DNA from: Haliotis asinina
Taxonomy: Eukaryota
Length of the DNA stretch: 64,000 nucleotides
NCBI RefSeq assembly: GCF_037392515.1
Contig: NC_090294.1
Coordinates: forward strand, 7,329,870-7,393,869
Direction: 5' to 3'
Below the pieces are notes generated by a model. It searched no databases. It saw only the letters and a program-made list of their open reading frames with translations, and was not told the DNA's origin. This document shows, piece after piece, positions 36,798-49,663 of the stretch. The translations under genes were made by a program, and so were the position numbers. Numbering within the stretch: position 1 is the first letter of the stretch; the number at the start of each line of letters is the position of its first letter.

Positions 36798-39544
36798 GAC
36801 AACCTGAAACATATATTACAAAATATCAGATCCTATAGTTTGCAGGTTTCACTTTAATTTCGAAACCTGGGAACTGGTGGGCAGGTTCAGATGTCCCTAC
36901 AATAGGATGAAGATGGTGAACCACAAGAAAATACATAATTCCTGAATATTAGATCTAGGGTTGGTAACCTGGCAACTAAATATAATTTTAATACAAAATC
37001 ATTTAAAAAAATCAAAACTCACAGGCGGATCCACGGAGCGGATGGGAGGTAGGGGGGGGGGGGAGGTACAGGGGTGAAATTTTGTTATATGACCAGTGAA
37101 ACTCGGGTGAAAATGAAGTGTGCGCCCACTTCTTATCAGTAGTGTGTGCATCACACTCACCCTTCCCCATTCCCCGTCCCCTTCTCAACACGCTGTACCC
37201 GCCCCTGAAACTAACTCATTACTTGAAAGTAAACAAGAACGAAGTAGTTTGCACATTATGTAAAGTAAGTACCAATCTGACGCTGCTACTCCCGACTATT
37301 CACAGCACCAATTGTTGTATTCAACTTACCCGACAGATCAAATCGGACAAGTTATCCGGGGATACCCGTTCAATGGATCGCCTGTTGCCTGTGTGAGACA
37401 GTGTGGCTTAAAATCACTAATCTTTGGGAGAAAACACAATAGACATTTTGTTCTTAGTTAATGATAACAACTATAACAACTACCACTAATTCCAGTGAAT
37501 TTGTAGGGCCAAAATCATCAGCCAGAAAGACGAGACAGGCTTTCTGATGACAGACGACTGGGTGGAAACCCACAGTAAACGCCAAAAAAGCAACTGCTAA
37601 AACAATCGTATAGGCGAAGAAACTTTGACAAGACCTCTTCGAACGTCTGCAAAGAGGATACGTAACGGGCCAAATCGCAACCGATGTTTCAAATTTTCCA
37701 AAACACAAAATGTGTCTTGTCAGAATGACAAGCCTTGGGTAGCCAGTGGTCACATGGCGAGTAACATCGCTTCGTTGATGTTTGCTTGGATCTCACAAAC
37801 CTGGCACTAACAACAAATACAACAACGCGCATATTTCATTAGGTAGAAGGACACACACATACACAGACTTACTTACCTGTTTTATGTGATGTCACTCGCC
37901 TCCTTGTGATTTACGAACGTCGAAAGAAGTTCGGATGATATAACTTTGGAAGAGTTCATTTGGACAGCAGGGAGTGAGGGGTAGTGAGTGTCACCTGTCA
38001 TTCATCTTGGACCGCTGTTCCATTGCAAACACTGACAGATAAACTGTACGTCACAACTTACTCAGGAACATACTCAAGTTTGGTTTACCAAACTTAGGTG
38101 ACCTGTCTTGTGTTTTTCAGAAAAAGCATAATATGGAAGAATTCATTTTTGAATAGGAATAGCACGGTGGACGCAAGGTTCATATACTATTAGAGGAGCC
38201 TGTGGATCTCTCTATCATGTATACACGTTTTTTGCATCTCAGTGAAGAACAATAATTATCACAAATGAATCAGTACAATATGGATATATGCGGAAAAATT
38301 AAACACGCTAAATACTAGGGCGTATTTGATGATGTTACCCAGTTTCTTAAAGGTGTGTCAGAATACTTAAAATTGGCGTCTTTTTTTCTGAGGCTTCTTA
38401 AAAACTCGATCTTTTATAAAAAATTGAATTGTTTTTTTATATATACTGATATGAGATACTAACATGAAATATCGAAATCGGATAGAAAGACGAGTTCTGT
38501 GTCACCCAACTGTGGGAATGTAATAAAAAAGCAACAACAAAAAATATTAACTGTAAAAAAAAACAGTAGCTAATTGTTGTTGATATTTGAAAGAAAGCTA
38601 TGCATACACTGACCTTTCACTTCAGAGTCAATTTTCATACCTTTCCCTCTTGTAATAATAATTTATCTTCAGTAACCCATGCTTGGCGGCGACTAACGAG
38701 ATCGGGTGGTCACGCTCTATGACTTGGTTGCCACATGTCATCGGTTCCCAGTTGCGTTGATACTGATCACTGAAATGTCTGCTGTCTGTTATGAAATTGT
38801 GTATATTTTACAGATTTACAAGGTGTATTCTGGGCCTATTGAGGCGCTGCATAATCCTTTTTTATCTTTGTATATTTGCTATGTGTGCATACCTTGTTGT
38901 TTTACACGAAACTCTTTAACATCGTAAAAATGACTATGCAGTGAGAAACGTTAGGTTAAGGAACTGTTAGACTCATATCGCTGCGGCTGGGACCCAACAG
39001 AAAAGCAATTTTTACATATTTGACATCAGCATCACTAAAACTGAGTCCAGGGATCTATGTTTATTTGTAGTCATGAGCGTAGACTTAATACTGTTTCTTC
39101 ACTGGACCAAACCAAAGGTGTAGCTGCCATTATTTTTTTAAAAAATAGATAAATAAAAAACAAAACTGGCTTAATGATATACGTCGTATGACCTTTGCTA
39201 AAAAGGGCTGAGCAAGCTCCCAGTACTGTCTAAATATAAAACTTTACAACCAATCGCGCATTCACAAAATAGTGGCTTCCTTATAATTACTATGCGGCGG
39301 CTAACAACCACATATAGCTTGAGAGTGATATATTGAATGTGCGCTGGGGTTTGGAGATTTTACGTGCGCATTCTGCTATGGTGCTTATATCACGCACAGG
39401 CACGCCAGGTCATCCAGTGTTTGATTGATTGTTCTGTCCAGTTATATCACTAATTCTTTGAACGGCATTCCAAACGTTTGTGAGTTAAAAATGAAACACA
39501 CAAATTCATGGATGGAAACTTCTAATTATTGCTTACAGGGAGAC

Positions 39545-39615
39545 GTTTCGCTATCGATGTTACCGTTACCAAGCGATGTTACCGTTACCAAGCGATGTTA
39601 CCGTTACCAAGCGAT
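39545..39615. repeat. 21-bp tandem repeat x3 (cgatgttaccgttaccaag)
   Basis: Read directly. Confidence 0.85.
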
Positions 39616-40678
39616 GTAACAGTCTACATCGAAAGGTCACTGTATGCAATAAAGAAGAAGTTGTCGTCCATTAAGTTGAAAATGTAGCACCTAGTTATAT
39701 TGATATGAGGCATACAATTTGACAGTTTCACACAAAAAATAACAAATATGAAATAAAAAATGAAATTAAAAACTGCAAACAAAACAGCATGAACAGTTAG
39801 TTGTCTAACTACTGAGTCTACAAGGCGGACATGTTTTCTTTACTCAGTCCCTTTTCCACGCACTCTCATAACCCCTGTGCCCAATACCGACCACCTCGCG
39901 CGCCCCCCTCAACACACGCCCCAACCATTTACCCCATTCCCCACCTCTCCGGTCGTTTTGTAACGCAAGGTGTGACGTTTTGATGACAACGTTGACCACA
40001 TCCAAGATTCCCGCTGTCAAGCAACCCGCTGCTTCTCACAACCGAGAGGAGATGGGACCAGATATGTGCCAGCTAAACCCCATAAATTACGAGATTGGAC
40101 ACATAACTGGACACACTGGAGCAAATGTCATAAACAGACAGTCAAAAGCAATTTGACTATATAAACATATTGTAGATGCCATTCAAATTGGATTAACGGG
40201 AGTTAGGATGAAGGATCTCCCGTTGTCCGTCTCTTACAGGTTTACAAGCAAGACATTAAACAAGCACATCCCAGCTTTCAACATACACCCACAAGGGAGA
40301 AGAGGGGGTGGGGGATGTCTATGGTGTCAAGATTTCATCTCGGTTAAATACAAAACTGAGCTGTGGGGTTTGTTCCCACTGTCAGGGATATAATCTGCGT
40401 CTTCTGTATTATAGGTCTGCCGACATGCCAACCGGCGAAGGCGACCTCAAAAGCACCAAACTGAACGAACGATTACCTGTTCAGCATCCAGGATTTTGAA
40501 TGAGGGGGTGCTGAAGAAGGTGTGTGTGTGTCTCTGTCTCTGTGTGTGTCTCTTTCAGCTGATTTTATCATATGTTAGCTTTTCAACATAATGATCATTT
40601 GTTTGCAAATACACTATAACCCAGAGTGTGCTCGGGAGTAGGCCAGAGTGAGTGCTCGGGGTAGGGGATCTGGGCGAT

Positions 40679-41956
40679 CCAGAAATTATTGAGAATCATG
40701 TTGCGTCATGTAACTCATTACGTTTATTAACTTCTGGCGTTTTACTTACATAAACATGTTAAAACATCATCCTTTTACAGTCTCAGTCTTGTTTGAGTAC
40801 TTTGTTAGACCTCCTCGCTCAGCAATGCATGCCTGAATACGCCTAGGCACACTACCCATCAAAGTTTGTAGGTAATCGTGTGACAGGGTATCCCAATATT
40901 GGACCACCTCGGCCTTCATATCTTCAATATTTCTCAGTCCCTTTTGGTTTATTCTGTCGTTCATGACTCACCACACATTCTCAACTGGGTTTAGGTCTGG
41001 GCTGTAACTGTCTAAAACTTGAACATTTTCGCCCGACAAAATACTGTTTTGTGTAGCGCGCAGTGTGTTTTGGGTCATTATCATGCCGGAAAATCCAATC
41101 ATCTTCATACAATGTTTGTGCTGTCGGAAGAAGGTGACCATTTAGAATGTCAACGTATCTTTCTTTTGTCAAGTTTCCCGTGAAAACACACAATGGCGTC
41201 ACTCCGCGAGCCGATATATGCCACCCCACATGTGAAACTTCGGGCTATGTTTGGGTCGCTGGTAGATAGGTTTGACAGTATCTTTGGTCCAAATTTTCAC
41301 ACAATTAGGGAAAAGCCAAACAGAACTTTCATCCGATAAGAAAACAATATCCCAATCTTGATTTTCATGAGCCCGACACCAGTTTAAACGTTTTTCCTTT
41401 TGTGCATCTTTCATCAACGGCGAGGGAATTCCACGTTTTTTCACCCAATTAAGTCTCTGTAATTCCTGCCTAACTGTTTCATTGCATCCCCGAGGACTTC
41501 CTCTGCTGATCATTTCATTTCTGATGTTCTCAACACTTGTCAATTTGCCCCTACTCACAATCTGCCCAAGTCTTCGGCGATCCACAACACTGAATTTCCT
41601 AGGCCGACCTGCCCCTGCTTTGTGCTCTATCCCGGTTCCTGTTTGAAAATTCTTCAAAGTTCTGTATACTGTAGACAGAGGAATACCATGTCTACAAGCT
41701 AACACTTTAGCATCAGCCTCACCCCTTTCAAAATCATCTAGAATGAGCTTTCTTTTCTCTCTTGTTGTAGATTCTGCCATGTCAACACAGGAAGCCGTCT
41801 GCTCAGACAAGGGGGATAACTCTTGACGTAATGAGCTGCCTTCTAAGCCTTCAAGAGTTGTCTCCCTTATTTAGTATGCTTAGTGCATAGTGAAAGCCCT
41901 TTTTCCAATCTTAGCATCATTAGAAAAAAAACAAAGCTTTTCTCAATAATTTCTGG
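40679..41956 (-). mobile_element. Tc1/mariner-superfamily (Tc1-like) DNA transposon, near full length, with inverted 17-bp subterminal repeats CCAGAAATTATTGAGAA (40679-40695 and 41940-41956); the true termini probably lie a few tens of bp further out
   Basis: The inverted-repeat pair flanks a transposase split over three frames. The high-coordinate end reads TACAGTGTTCCCAGAAATTATTGAGAA in reverse complement, resembling Tc1 CAGTG termini. Confidence 0.7.
40767..41810 (-). pseudogene. Tc1-like transposase with 2 frameshifts (ORFs 41199..41810, 40981..41229, 40767..40964, all minus); HTH N-terminus and DDE triad present
   Basis: N-terminal part: ...GRPRKFSVVDRRRLGQIVSRGKLTS...KEKRLNWCRAHENQDWDIVFLSDESSVWLF (DDE D1). 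Middle: ...VDILNGHLLPTAQTL...WIFRHDNDPKHTARYTKQYF (D2, matching FQQDN.P.H). C-terminal: ...MNDRINQKG...LQTLMGSVPRRIQACIAERGGLTKY (matching SMPRR...GG.T.Y). Confidence 0.8.
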
Positions 41957-43384
41957 GAACACTGTATATCTGAGTGATGACGGTGAGGGTAGCGTGCCGC
42001 GGGCACAGTTGTAGCGATGGGACGCAAGGGAGTGAGGGGATACTACATGAGAGAATGAATGACTACCATCACGGCTGACTTCAATAGCTCCTACAGGGCG
42101 AGTCCTTTACTTCGCGTGTTTCACCTCTGTTTTAACCGGTTGTCGTCTTTTGTAAAAACGACCACAAGTGTGTTCAGACATATACAATACACTCTAAAAC
42201 CTAAATGATGAAAAGACAAGCCATTTAATCTGCTCAGTTTGTTTCCATGATACCCCACTTACCTGTTCTTAGCCTGTCAAACAGTCGTTAAATGTAATAT
42301 TCTTACTGGCCCAAAATATTATACAGCGATCTCAAAATTCCAAATATCCGTGAATATAATTCACTTGTTAAAACCGGCCATTGGAATATATCGTAACGAA
42401 GGAACGCCTGTGTGAACTATGTAATTCTTATTCAGTTGCACGTGAACTTTCTTTTTAATTCATTTTTGGCACAAAACCATCATCTTTACCAAATAGTCCC
42501 CCCAAATTTATAATCTAATCTTTATACAATGAAAAGGAATAATGACGTCACACATGTGGAACAGCGAGGTATTAGATAAACAACGAGAGCGGTGAGAGAA
42601 ATCTGTAAAACCATATCGAGATATGGCTGAGACATATTTATTTCATGAAAAAGCAACGACTGAATTTTCATGAAATGAATTGGCCAACAACCTCAAGAGA
42701 ACTTATATGAAGACTGCTCCTATGTACATATATATGTGAAACAGTATCATAACAAGAAAAGATGATAGCTAATGAAAATTAATGTTATACCATGTAGTCA
42801 GACAGTTAAATTCATGATGGTTTTATACATTTATGTCGTTAATTGCAGTGGGGATTAATGTATTTTTCAGCTAAGGCGCCTAGTTACAATACAAAATAGA
42901 TGGACTGATTTTAAGATATTTGATTGAGTTTGTGACTTCAAGGAGGACGTTCCCTATAAGATTGTTTCTATTGAAAAGCCAATATATAATAAAATTTATT
43001 TACCCTTCTAGCATCAAATCTGGGACATACCAAGGAATAATGACGTGCATCTTCAGTGGGATGGCCACACTGACAATCTGCTCTCTCTGATATGTGTCTG
43101 TTATTTGTCGGCATTGCGATCGCTACACCCTAACCATAAGCGACAGTGGAGGTTTTGGTAAACTCTTGTGCCTATACCTATATCGAGATATATTACTGAA
43201 TTATCTACAAAAAAAGGATCAGATAATACTACAGACATACAGACACACAATAACACATCCCGCATACCAAGCTGTCATCGTGTCGACATATGTGTGCACT
43301 TGTTTGTGTCAACGACAACGAGGAGGCTGGTCTGTAATTATATAGTTACATTTGGAATTTCACTTTCTTGGTAAAGTACAGATT

Positions 43385-43480
43385 CCAGCACCTTTTGTTG
43401 GGATTTGAACCCACGCTGTCAGAGTCAGGCACCTATTCACCAATACTCAAAGTTAGCCTCCTTACCCATTCAGCCACTCG
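43385..43480 (-). mobile_element. tRNA-like / tRNA-derived SINE head (not a clean canonical tRNA)
   Basis: The reverse complement contains gagtggctgaatgggtaagg (A-box-like) and gcgtgggttcaaatcccaac (T-arm / B-box GGTTCAAATCC). The A-to-B spacing of about 75 nt is too long for a standard tRNA. Confidence 0.4.
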
Positions 43481-44249
43481 TACTTTGCTAAGAATTAAAG
43501 TATAATCCCAAGTATAGCATATGTTACATCTGATCACTTTCTTGAGGGCACAGGGTGTTATGGTCTGTCGTATACTGTATGCACGTTCCCTAAACCGTAC
43601 TACTTTCCCCAGTCTTGTACTGAATGCTGAGCGCATGGATGCAAAATAATTCTGTCCTTCGAAGATTCAAGTCGGGAAAACCGGAGAGTACACCAGTCTG
43701 CTATTTGTATTATTAGAAATTATCATTTAAACGCGAAGGTTGTACCTTAGAGACTTGTGCAAGTCGCTGTCTTGTTTTCCTGCCACACAACCCTTACCGC
43801 AATGCTAAAACGCCATATGAACCAAGGCTAGATTTCCCCATAAACTGAACCTCTTATCTCACCAAGGCTCCATTTTTATCTGTAAAAGGTATTTTTAGTT
43901 TCTATCAGACTCATGTATATTCAGGGATGAAGCGTTATGTTATGTAGTATCCAGGATGCCGCCCGTCGAAAGTCCGTCACGCACTAGTGGCCAGTACCAT
44001 CAGATATCCACGTGCAAGTTTACGGACATATGGTGCTCCCGGCGCCATAAAACCTCCGTTATATAATTCCGGGTCGTCTTAATTGCCGGACCTGTCACAA
44101 AGAACCAGTTGATATCGGACTGCATATTTGAGTTTTGTTTATGTGTCTGAGAGCGAATAAACTCGACTCTTACAATGTGTTTTGTCCTTAATATGCAAAC
44201 AGTGTGGGTTCTGTGAGCGCGCGTGGGGCTAAATGACTAACCAATCGTT

Positions 44250-44412
44250 TGTCGTTGTCGCCTCGTGGTTAAAACGTTCACTCGTCATGCCGAAGATACC
44301 GGTCGATTCTTCACATTGATACAATGAGTGAAGACCGTGTCTGGTCCCCCCCACCCGCCGTTATTTTAGCGTAATATTGCTAAAAGAGGCGTAAAACTAT
44401 AGTCACTAAGTC
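44250..44412 (+). mobile_element. tRNA-derived SINE copy (A-box tcgcctcgtggttaaaacg, B-box ggtcgattcttc, tail ttgctaaaagaggcgtaaaactatagtcactaag)
   Basis: It shares the ...ttgctaaaag(c/a)ggcgtaaaac... tail with copies at 59283-59402, 56235-56450 and 32528-32768 (minus strand). Confidence 0.55.
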
Positions 44413-44439
44413 TTTGTTTCATCGGAGACACATTTAGAC

Positions 44440-44692
44440 CCGTGAAGGTCCGGGGTAGAATAGGCCTTGCCATAAAAGGTGACTGTACTTGTCGTAAGAG
44501 GCGACTAAAGGGATCGGGTGGTCAGGCTCGCTGACTTGGTTGGCGCATGTCATCGGTTTCCAACTGCGCAGATCGATGCTCATGCTGTTGATCACTGGAT
44601 TGTCTGGTCCAGACTCGATTATTTACAGACAGCCGCCTTATAGCTGGAATATTACTGAATGCGGCGTAAAACTAAAATCACTCACTCACTAA
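44440..44692 (+). mobile_element. SINE, second subfamily (ggccttgccataaaagg...cgtaagaggcgactaaagggatcgggtggtcaggctcgctgac...gatcactggattgtctggtccagactcgattatttacagacagccgccttatagctggaatattactgaatgcggcgtaaaactaaaatcactcactcactaag)
   Basis: Near-identical copy at 45490-45729 (with an internal deletion and a longer (CACT)n tail). A diverged copy lies at 54660-54852 and a fragment at 38690-38790. Confidence 0.65.
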
Positions 44693-45489
44693 GACACATT
44701 TAATTCACATAAGACACATTTTCTTTGTACAAACACCCATTTTGAAACTTGGACAAAACAAAGTATTGAGCATATTCTCTGCGAGGCATCTAGAAGATGG
44801 ACCAGCCTGGTAGGAAAACAAGACGTGTGACTTTTCAGCTTAGGTTCCATCACGAAGGTAGGACAAAAACCCTTCTGAACAAAATCCCAACCTGACAAAA
44901 TCTCTTAGCCAAGAATGTCTGCACACTGCGGACAAATACCCAACACTGAAAAATAAAATACAATTTATTTTGAAATATATATATTTTTATCTTAATTCAC
45001 GTATAAATCATGGACGTTTAATTGCTTGAAACTGGAATTCAAAACTGTAATGGAGTGAAAGAAGGATTATTCGTTGATTGTTCAGAGACATGAGGTTTGA
45101 AGACTTGGGGAGCACGTTGCAATCGGATGGACTATTGTTGTATTTCAGCAGGGTTGATACGTCGCTGGATTCTCAATTTCATGACTTGTGCATGTGACAC
45201 CTCTGCTTGGTGACAATGAGATATAAAAAAAATCCAGGTTCACCGTTATCAACAATGTCTTCATGGATCCACGATTTTCTAATGCAATTTTCCTTAAACA
45301 TCTTCACCGAATACTACTCTTGTTTGTAATTATATTTTAACTCATTCCTTGTTGCTCTTCAGTACTTCCACTCTGGAACACTGATAAAAATCATCATCAT
45401 CACAGGCACATTTATACAGTGTATCAATGCTGCCACTGGTCTCTGTTACGAAAACATACTAATCAACTTATTTCACTCACTGGCTTCCG

Positions 45490-45729
45490 TCATGAAAATG
45501 GCCCGTGAAGGTCCAGGCCTTCAAATTCCCATGCTTGCCATAAAAGGCGACTATGATTGTCGTAAGAGGCGCTGACGGGATCGGGTGCGCAGATCGATGC
45601 TCGTGCTGTTGATCACTGGATTGTCTGGTCCAGACTCGATTATTTACAGACCACCGCCTTATAGCTGGAATATTGCTGAGTGTGAAGTAAAACTAAGCTC
45701 ACTCACTCACTCACTCACTCACTCACTCA
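45490..45729 (+). mobile_element. SINE, second subfamily, copy with about 60-bp internal deletion and (CACT)9 tail
   Basis: Collinear with 44440-44692 (ccttcaaattcccatgcttgccataaaaggcgactatgattgtcgtaagaggcgctgacgggatcgggtg|cgcagatcgatgctcgtgctgttgatcactggattgtctggtccagactcgattatttacagaccaccgccttatagctggaatattgctgagtg...). Confidence 0.65.
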
Positions 45730-46151
45730 TGAAAGCACGATAATTAACTCACCGGGTTCTTGGTTAAAAAGGTTATCAATAACATATAGAAAAGTATTTT
45801 GTCCTATGTTGGTCACTTTGGTGAGGTATTTTGTCCAAAGAAAGTTTGTGAGGGTGGGATTTTGTCCGTCCCCTGTAAGGAGTCTCACTATACCACTATA
45901 ATAAGGAACAGAGGGGTCGTCTCAAACGGTGTTTCAGGACGGGTGTCACAGACGGTGGTTGGGGCGGGCTGGGAGACACTGCTATCAGCTGAGATAAGAT
46001 AATCCGTTAGGGGGCATTAAACTGAGAAGAAAACGGCATGTCATAACAATTTACCCATAATATCTAGACTGCCGATCATTGGTGTCGACCGCCTATATAT
46101 TTTGAGACATTTAATACGATGACTGATTTAAGCTTTTCTATGGGTATGATA

Positions 46152-47394
46152 CACATGCAACGTAAAACACAACTTTGCAGATTCTGGTACCTTTCGGTAT
46201 GCACTTACCGAAACAAATCATAAAAAATGCCAATTCAACCTATAAAGTTGAAAAAACGCAATGAAAAAAAGCCTGCGCTGGGGAGAAAACTGGTTTCAAC
46301 AGCTGTGCTGCGCTGCGTCCATAACGCATGCGCAGTGAATAGGTTCGCGGAGCTTGAAACAGTATGCATGCCCAGCGTCTGAGGTCGTGAGCAGTAGTCT
46401 AATCTTGGTTGTGTACACAAACAAGTAAATAATCTACTCGTTACGTAAAAAAACTTGTTGATGGTTGTAAGCAGTCTCTGTCACAGAGAAAGCTCAGTGT
46501 CTGGTTTATTCACACCTATATGTCTGCCGGTCTGCTAAAGACAACATGCAATACACAGCTGCAATCATTGACCACGTGCAATTTGAACTTAACACCTATC
46601 AGACTATACGACACAAAGAAAATATGTTGATTTATGACTCGTGCACCCGAGTCCCGTCTCTGCCACATTATGTAATTAGGCACGTGTGATACACATGACA
46701 TGTTTTTTTATGTCTGTGGGTTGCAAACAAACTACATTCATTTTTTTTTCGGATGAGTGGATCTGACGGAAACTGGTGCAAACTCTTGTCAGTTTCAAGT
46801 CCTACTTTGTACTTGGACGAATGATAGATTCCAGCCACGCAATAGTTTACCATCTCTACTGAGATGATTTTTGACTGGATGGAGCGCAAATTGAGAGAAC
46901 ATGTATTTTCCAAATCCAACATCTCTATATACATTCTTCATGGATAACGACTTCTTTCAGTGTGTATGATTTTGTATGACAACAGTATATGAATCCATAC
47001 TGAAACAACGCATCAAGTACACAAAGAGAAGTTGTTATCCATAAAGAATATTACTTTCTTGTGACTGGCTATACTTCAAAAATGCCCACCAAACAGATCA
47101 TCTTTCTGTACACACAATGAACCCTCAGCATATCAGCAAATGAACCAGCCAATCGGAAGCCATTGTTACACTTGAGTGCGTATCCATGCGCTATGACTGG
47201 GTTCGGTCTCCCGAGGGCTTCGTTTCGGGGGAAGTAAGCCCAAATACAAAATATTGCACTTTTGAATCGCGATTGTACGCTTGTAATTTTATTTATTTGT
47301 TTTTTTTTAAAGCAGCAATGTATATTATATGTCATGAATAAGTGATAAAAGTGTTTTAATTATGCTTGATTTTTTGGTTGCATGTGACCTTTAA
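46152..47394 (+). mobile_element. Same TIR element family, copy 3 (5' TIR truncated by about 10 bp; intact 3' TIR ggttgcatgtgacctttaa)
   Basis: Collinear with copy 1 (about 90% identity), including aactggtttcaacagctgtgctgcgct and catgcgcagtgaataggttcgcggagcttgaaacagtatgcatgcccagcgtctgaggtcgtga. Confidence 0.8.
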
Positions 47395-47731
47395 CATAAA
47401 CTTTATGAAAAGAAAGACACGTAAGATGTTAATCAATAGAGGAGACATATTCAGTTCACATGAGAAAGCATAAAATATCTTTGAGATGGCCCCTTGTACC
47501 CGTGGGCACCACATGCATTTCATGCCAGGTGAGTCGACCTAATTGTCATCTATAGTCTGATCTATTGTTTTCAGCAGCTGTTTTTGAGATAAACATGCTC
47601 TTCTGGACATCCTATTATATGCCCCACTTAACGCCCAGCACAGTTAAGGCGATGTGGTTTAATTCGACATATACTATTGGAAGTTGTGTGCATTTAGGGA
47701 TACAGAGCGACAGCCTTTTTTTCTATTTCCA

Positions 47732-47842
47732 GTGAGGTGAGGTGAGGTGAGGTGAGGTGAGGTGAGGTGAGGTGAGGTGAGGTGAGGTGAGGTGAGGTGA
47801 GGTGAGGTGAGGTGAGGTGAGGTGAGGTGAGGTGAGGTGAGT

Positions 47843-47890
<48 letters not shown>

Positions 47891-47895
47891 GAGAG
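47732..47895. repeat. Compound microsatellite: (GGTGA)n about 22 units, then (GA)n/(GAGAGACA)n
   Basis: Read directly. It produces the artefactual ORF 47723..47953(-), (HLTSP)n. Confidence 0.95.
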
Positions 47896-48934
47896 AGTAT
47901 TTTATTGTTGTGTCACGCAGATGTTTACATAGTATATAAATCCTCTGTACCACCTAGAGGTAACATACCTGCCCGGCCGTTACAGGCCTACGTGACACAT
48001 GAAATCCATGGAACACTGCACAAAAATATATCACCAAACACACATATTCACACGCAGAGATAAGGTTGTGGTGTGGTATCATACGCCATGATAGTTTTCT
48101 TCTTTAAACATAACATGTACTAGGTTGTCACACTCCATAATAACAATGGCCGAGTCGACAGGAATCATCAAGCTAAACACAGGGTTAAGAGAGCGTGCCT
48201 CCTGCTATAAAACTGACGTTATATCGGAATATACATTTACATGTTGATAGGAAATGGACCCCGTCTTCAACTACACTATTCTTACAATATTTACTTAGCC
48301 GTTGTTCAAGGGGGCTTTGAGGCCGTTAGAAACGATCAAGCTCAATTTCCAGAGGTAAAGTTCCACATCGTAGTTTGGCCAGGGTACATCGATCGTTGCG
48401 ACCTACTGAATGTAGTGCGGACGTGTGTTGATACTGATAAAGAGGTCTTAAACAGTCGGAACGTTATATCGCCGTTGCATAAATGAAATCACACTCGGTC
48501 GCTCCATATATTACTGTTTAGACACATATGTCATTAATACCCTCGGTCCAGGACATGGGCCAGGACGTTGCCTCAGATAGGAAGCGCAACATGCGGGGGC
48601 GGAATGGTTGACGGGTGGTCGCATTGTCCAAGGTCATATAGCCAGGCACTCCCCCTCCTGCACGTAGTCACCACCATCCTGTGTATGACTGGAATGCAGA
48701 TGCTCGCTGATAGTGTGCATGTTCAATTTAGATAAAAACTGTCCCCCGTTTCTACACGTTGTCATGGTATTAGTATAGGCTCTAACAACCCTGACCTCAC
48801 AGACACAATGAGGTCAGAAGTCGGCATACCAGGAGTCTGAGATCCCGATTCTTCTGCTCCAACACGTCCAGCTAGAGCGGTGCTATGACACATTCCACGA
48901 TTCAAAGATTACCTTTGCCCTGAAAATGACAGAG

Positions 48935-49105
48935 CAACACATACATATGGTAGACTAATGCTTAGTCTCTGAATATATAACTCTGATAGTAACACATACA
49001 TATGGCAGACTAATGCTTAGTCTCTGAATATATAACTCTGATAGTAACACATACATATGGCAGACTAATGCTTAGTCTCTGAATATATAACTCTGATAGT
49101 AATAA
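48935..49105. repeat. 52-bp tandem repeat x3 (acacatacatatggcagactaatgcttagtctctgaatatataactctgatagtaac), part of a dispersed repeat also seen at about 57060-57240
   Basis: Three direct copies. Downstream aatttaaactgaaaaggagcccattttccagaagcagttgaatccagccttgcctataatttagggctttagcactgaagggagggcta is paralleled at 57100-57210. Confidence 0.7.
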
Positions 49106-49663
49106 CACATAAACCAATTTAAACTGAAAAGGAGCCCATTTTCCAGAAGCAGTTGAATCCAGCCTTGCCTATAATTTAGGGCTTTAGCACTGAAGGGAGG
49201 GCTACTGTATAGGCAAAATACTATGGGTTAGGGACTGTGAGATAGACTAATATATACTGAACTACAAAAGAAACGTCGCACATGAAAAAAAATGTAACTT
49301 TCACACACGAAGATTATGTCGATTTAAACACGTGGCTAGGTAATATGACACCAACCAAAGAAATTGCAGTCTTATATCACCACACAAGGATTTTTTAAAG
49401 GGTTCAAACGTTTTCACTATCCATGAACATGGTGACGCCCGCGAACGCTTTGTCACGAAAATCACGATACACTTGCAGAACGTTGATTCACTGTATGAAA
49501 GACACCCACATTTACTAGCCTGTCATTCGTTTCCTGAACGCAGAGAGTATGCCACGACTGACACGAATCCAGAGAAAACAAGCCATCGGACGTCTCTACG
49601 CTGGTCACCGTGAAAGGATCATTGCTAATGGACTGATGTGCTGCATTCGGACCACTGACCGAT

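Noticed and set aside
37120-39960. C-rich segments at about 37140-37210 and about 39850-39960 sharing ccccattcccc and ctcaacac, considered as possible LTR/TIR pair of a 2.8-kb element
   Set aside because: The motif order differs between the two, and neither direct nor inverted alignment extends. Treated as low-complexity poly-C/CT DNA.
43433-43636. 67-aa minus ORF overlapping the tRNA-like element
   Set aside because: It overlaps SINE/tRNA-like sequence with no supporting context.
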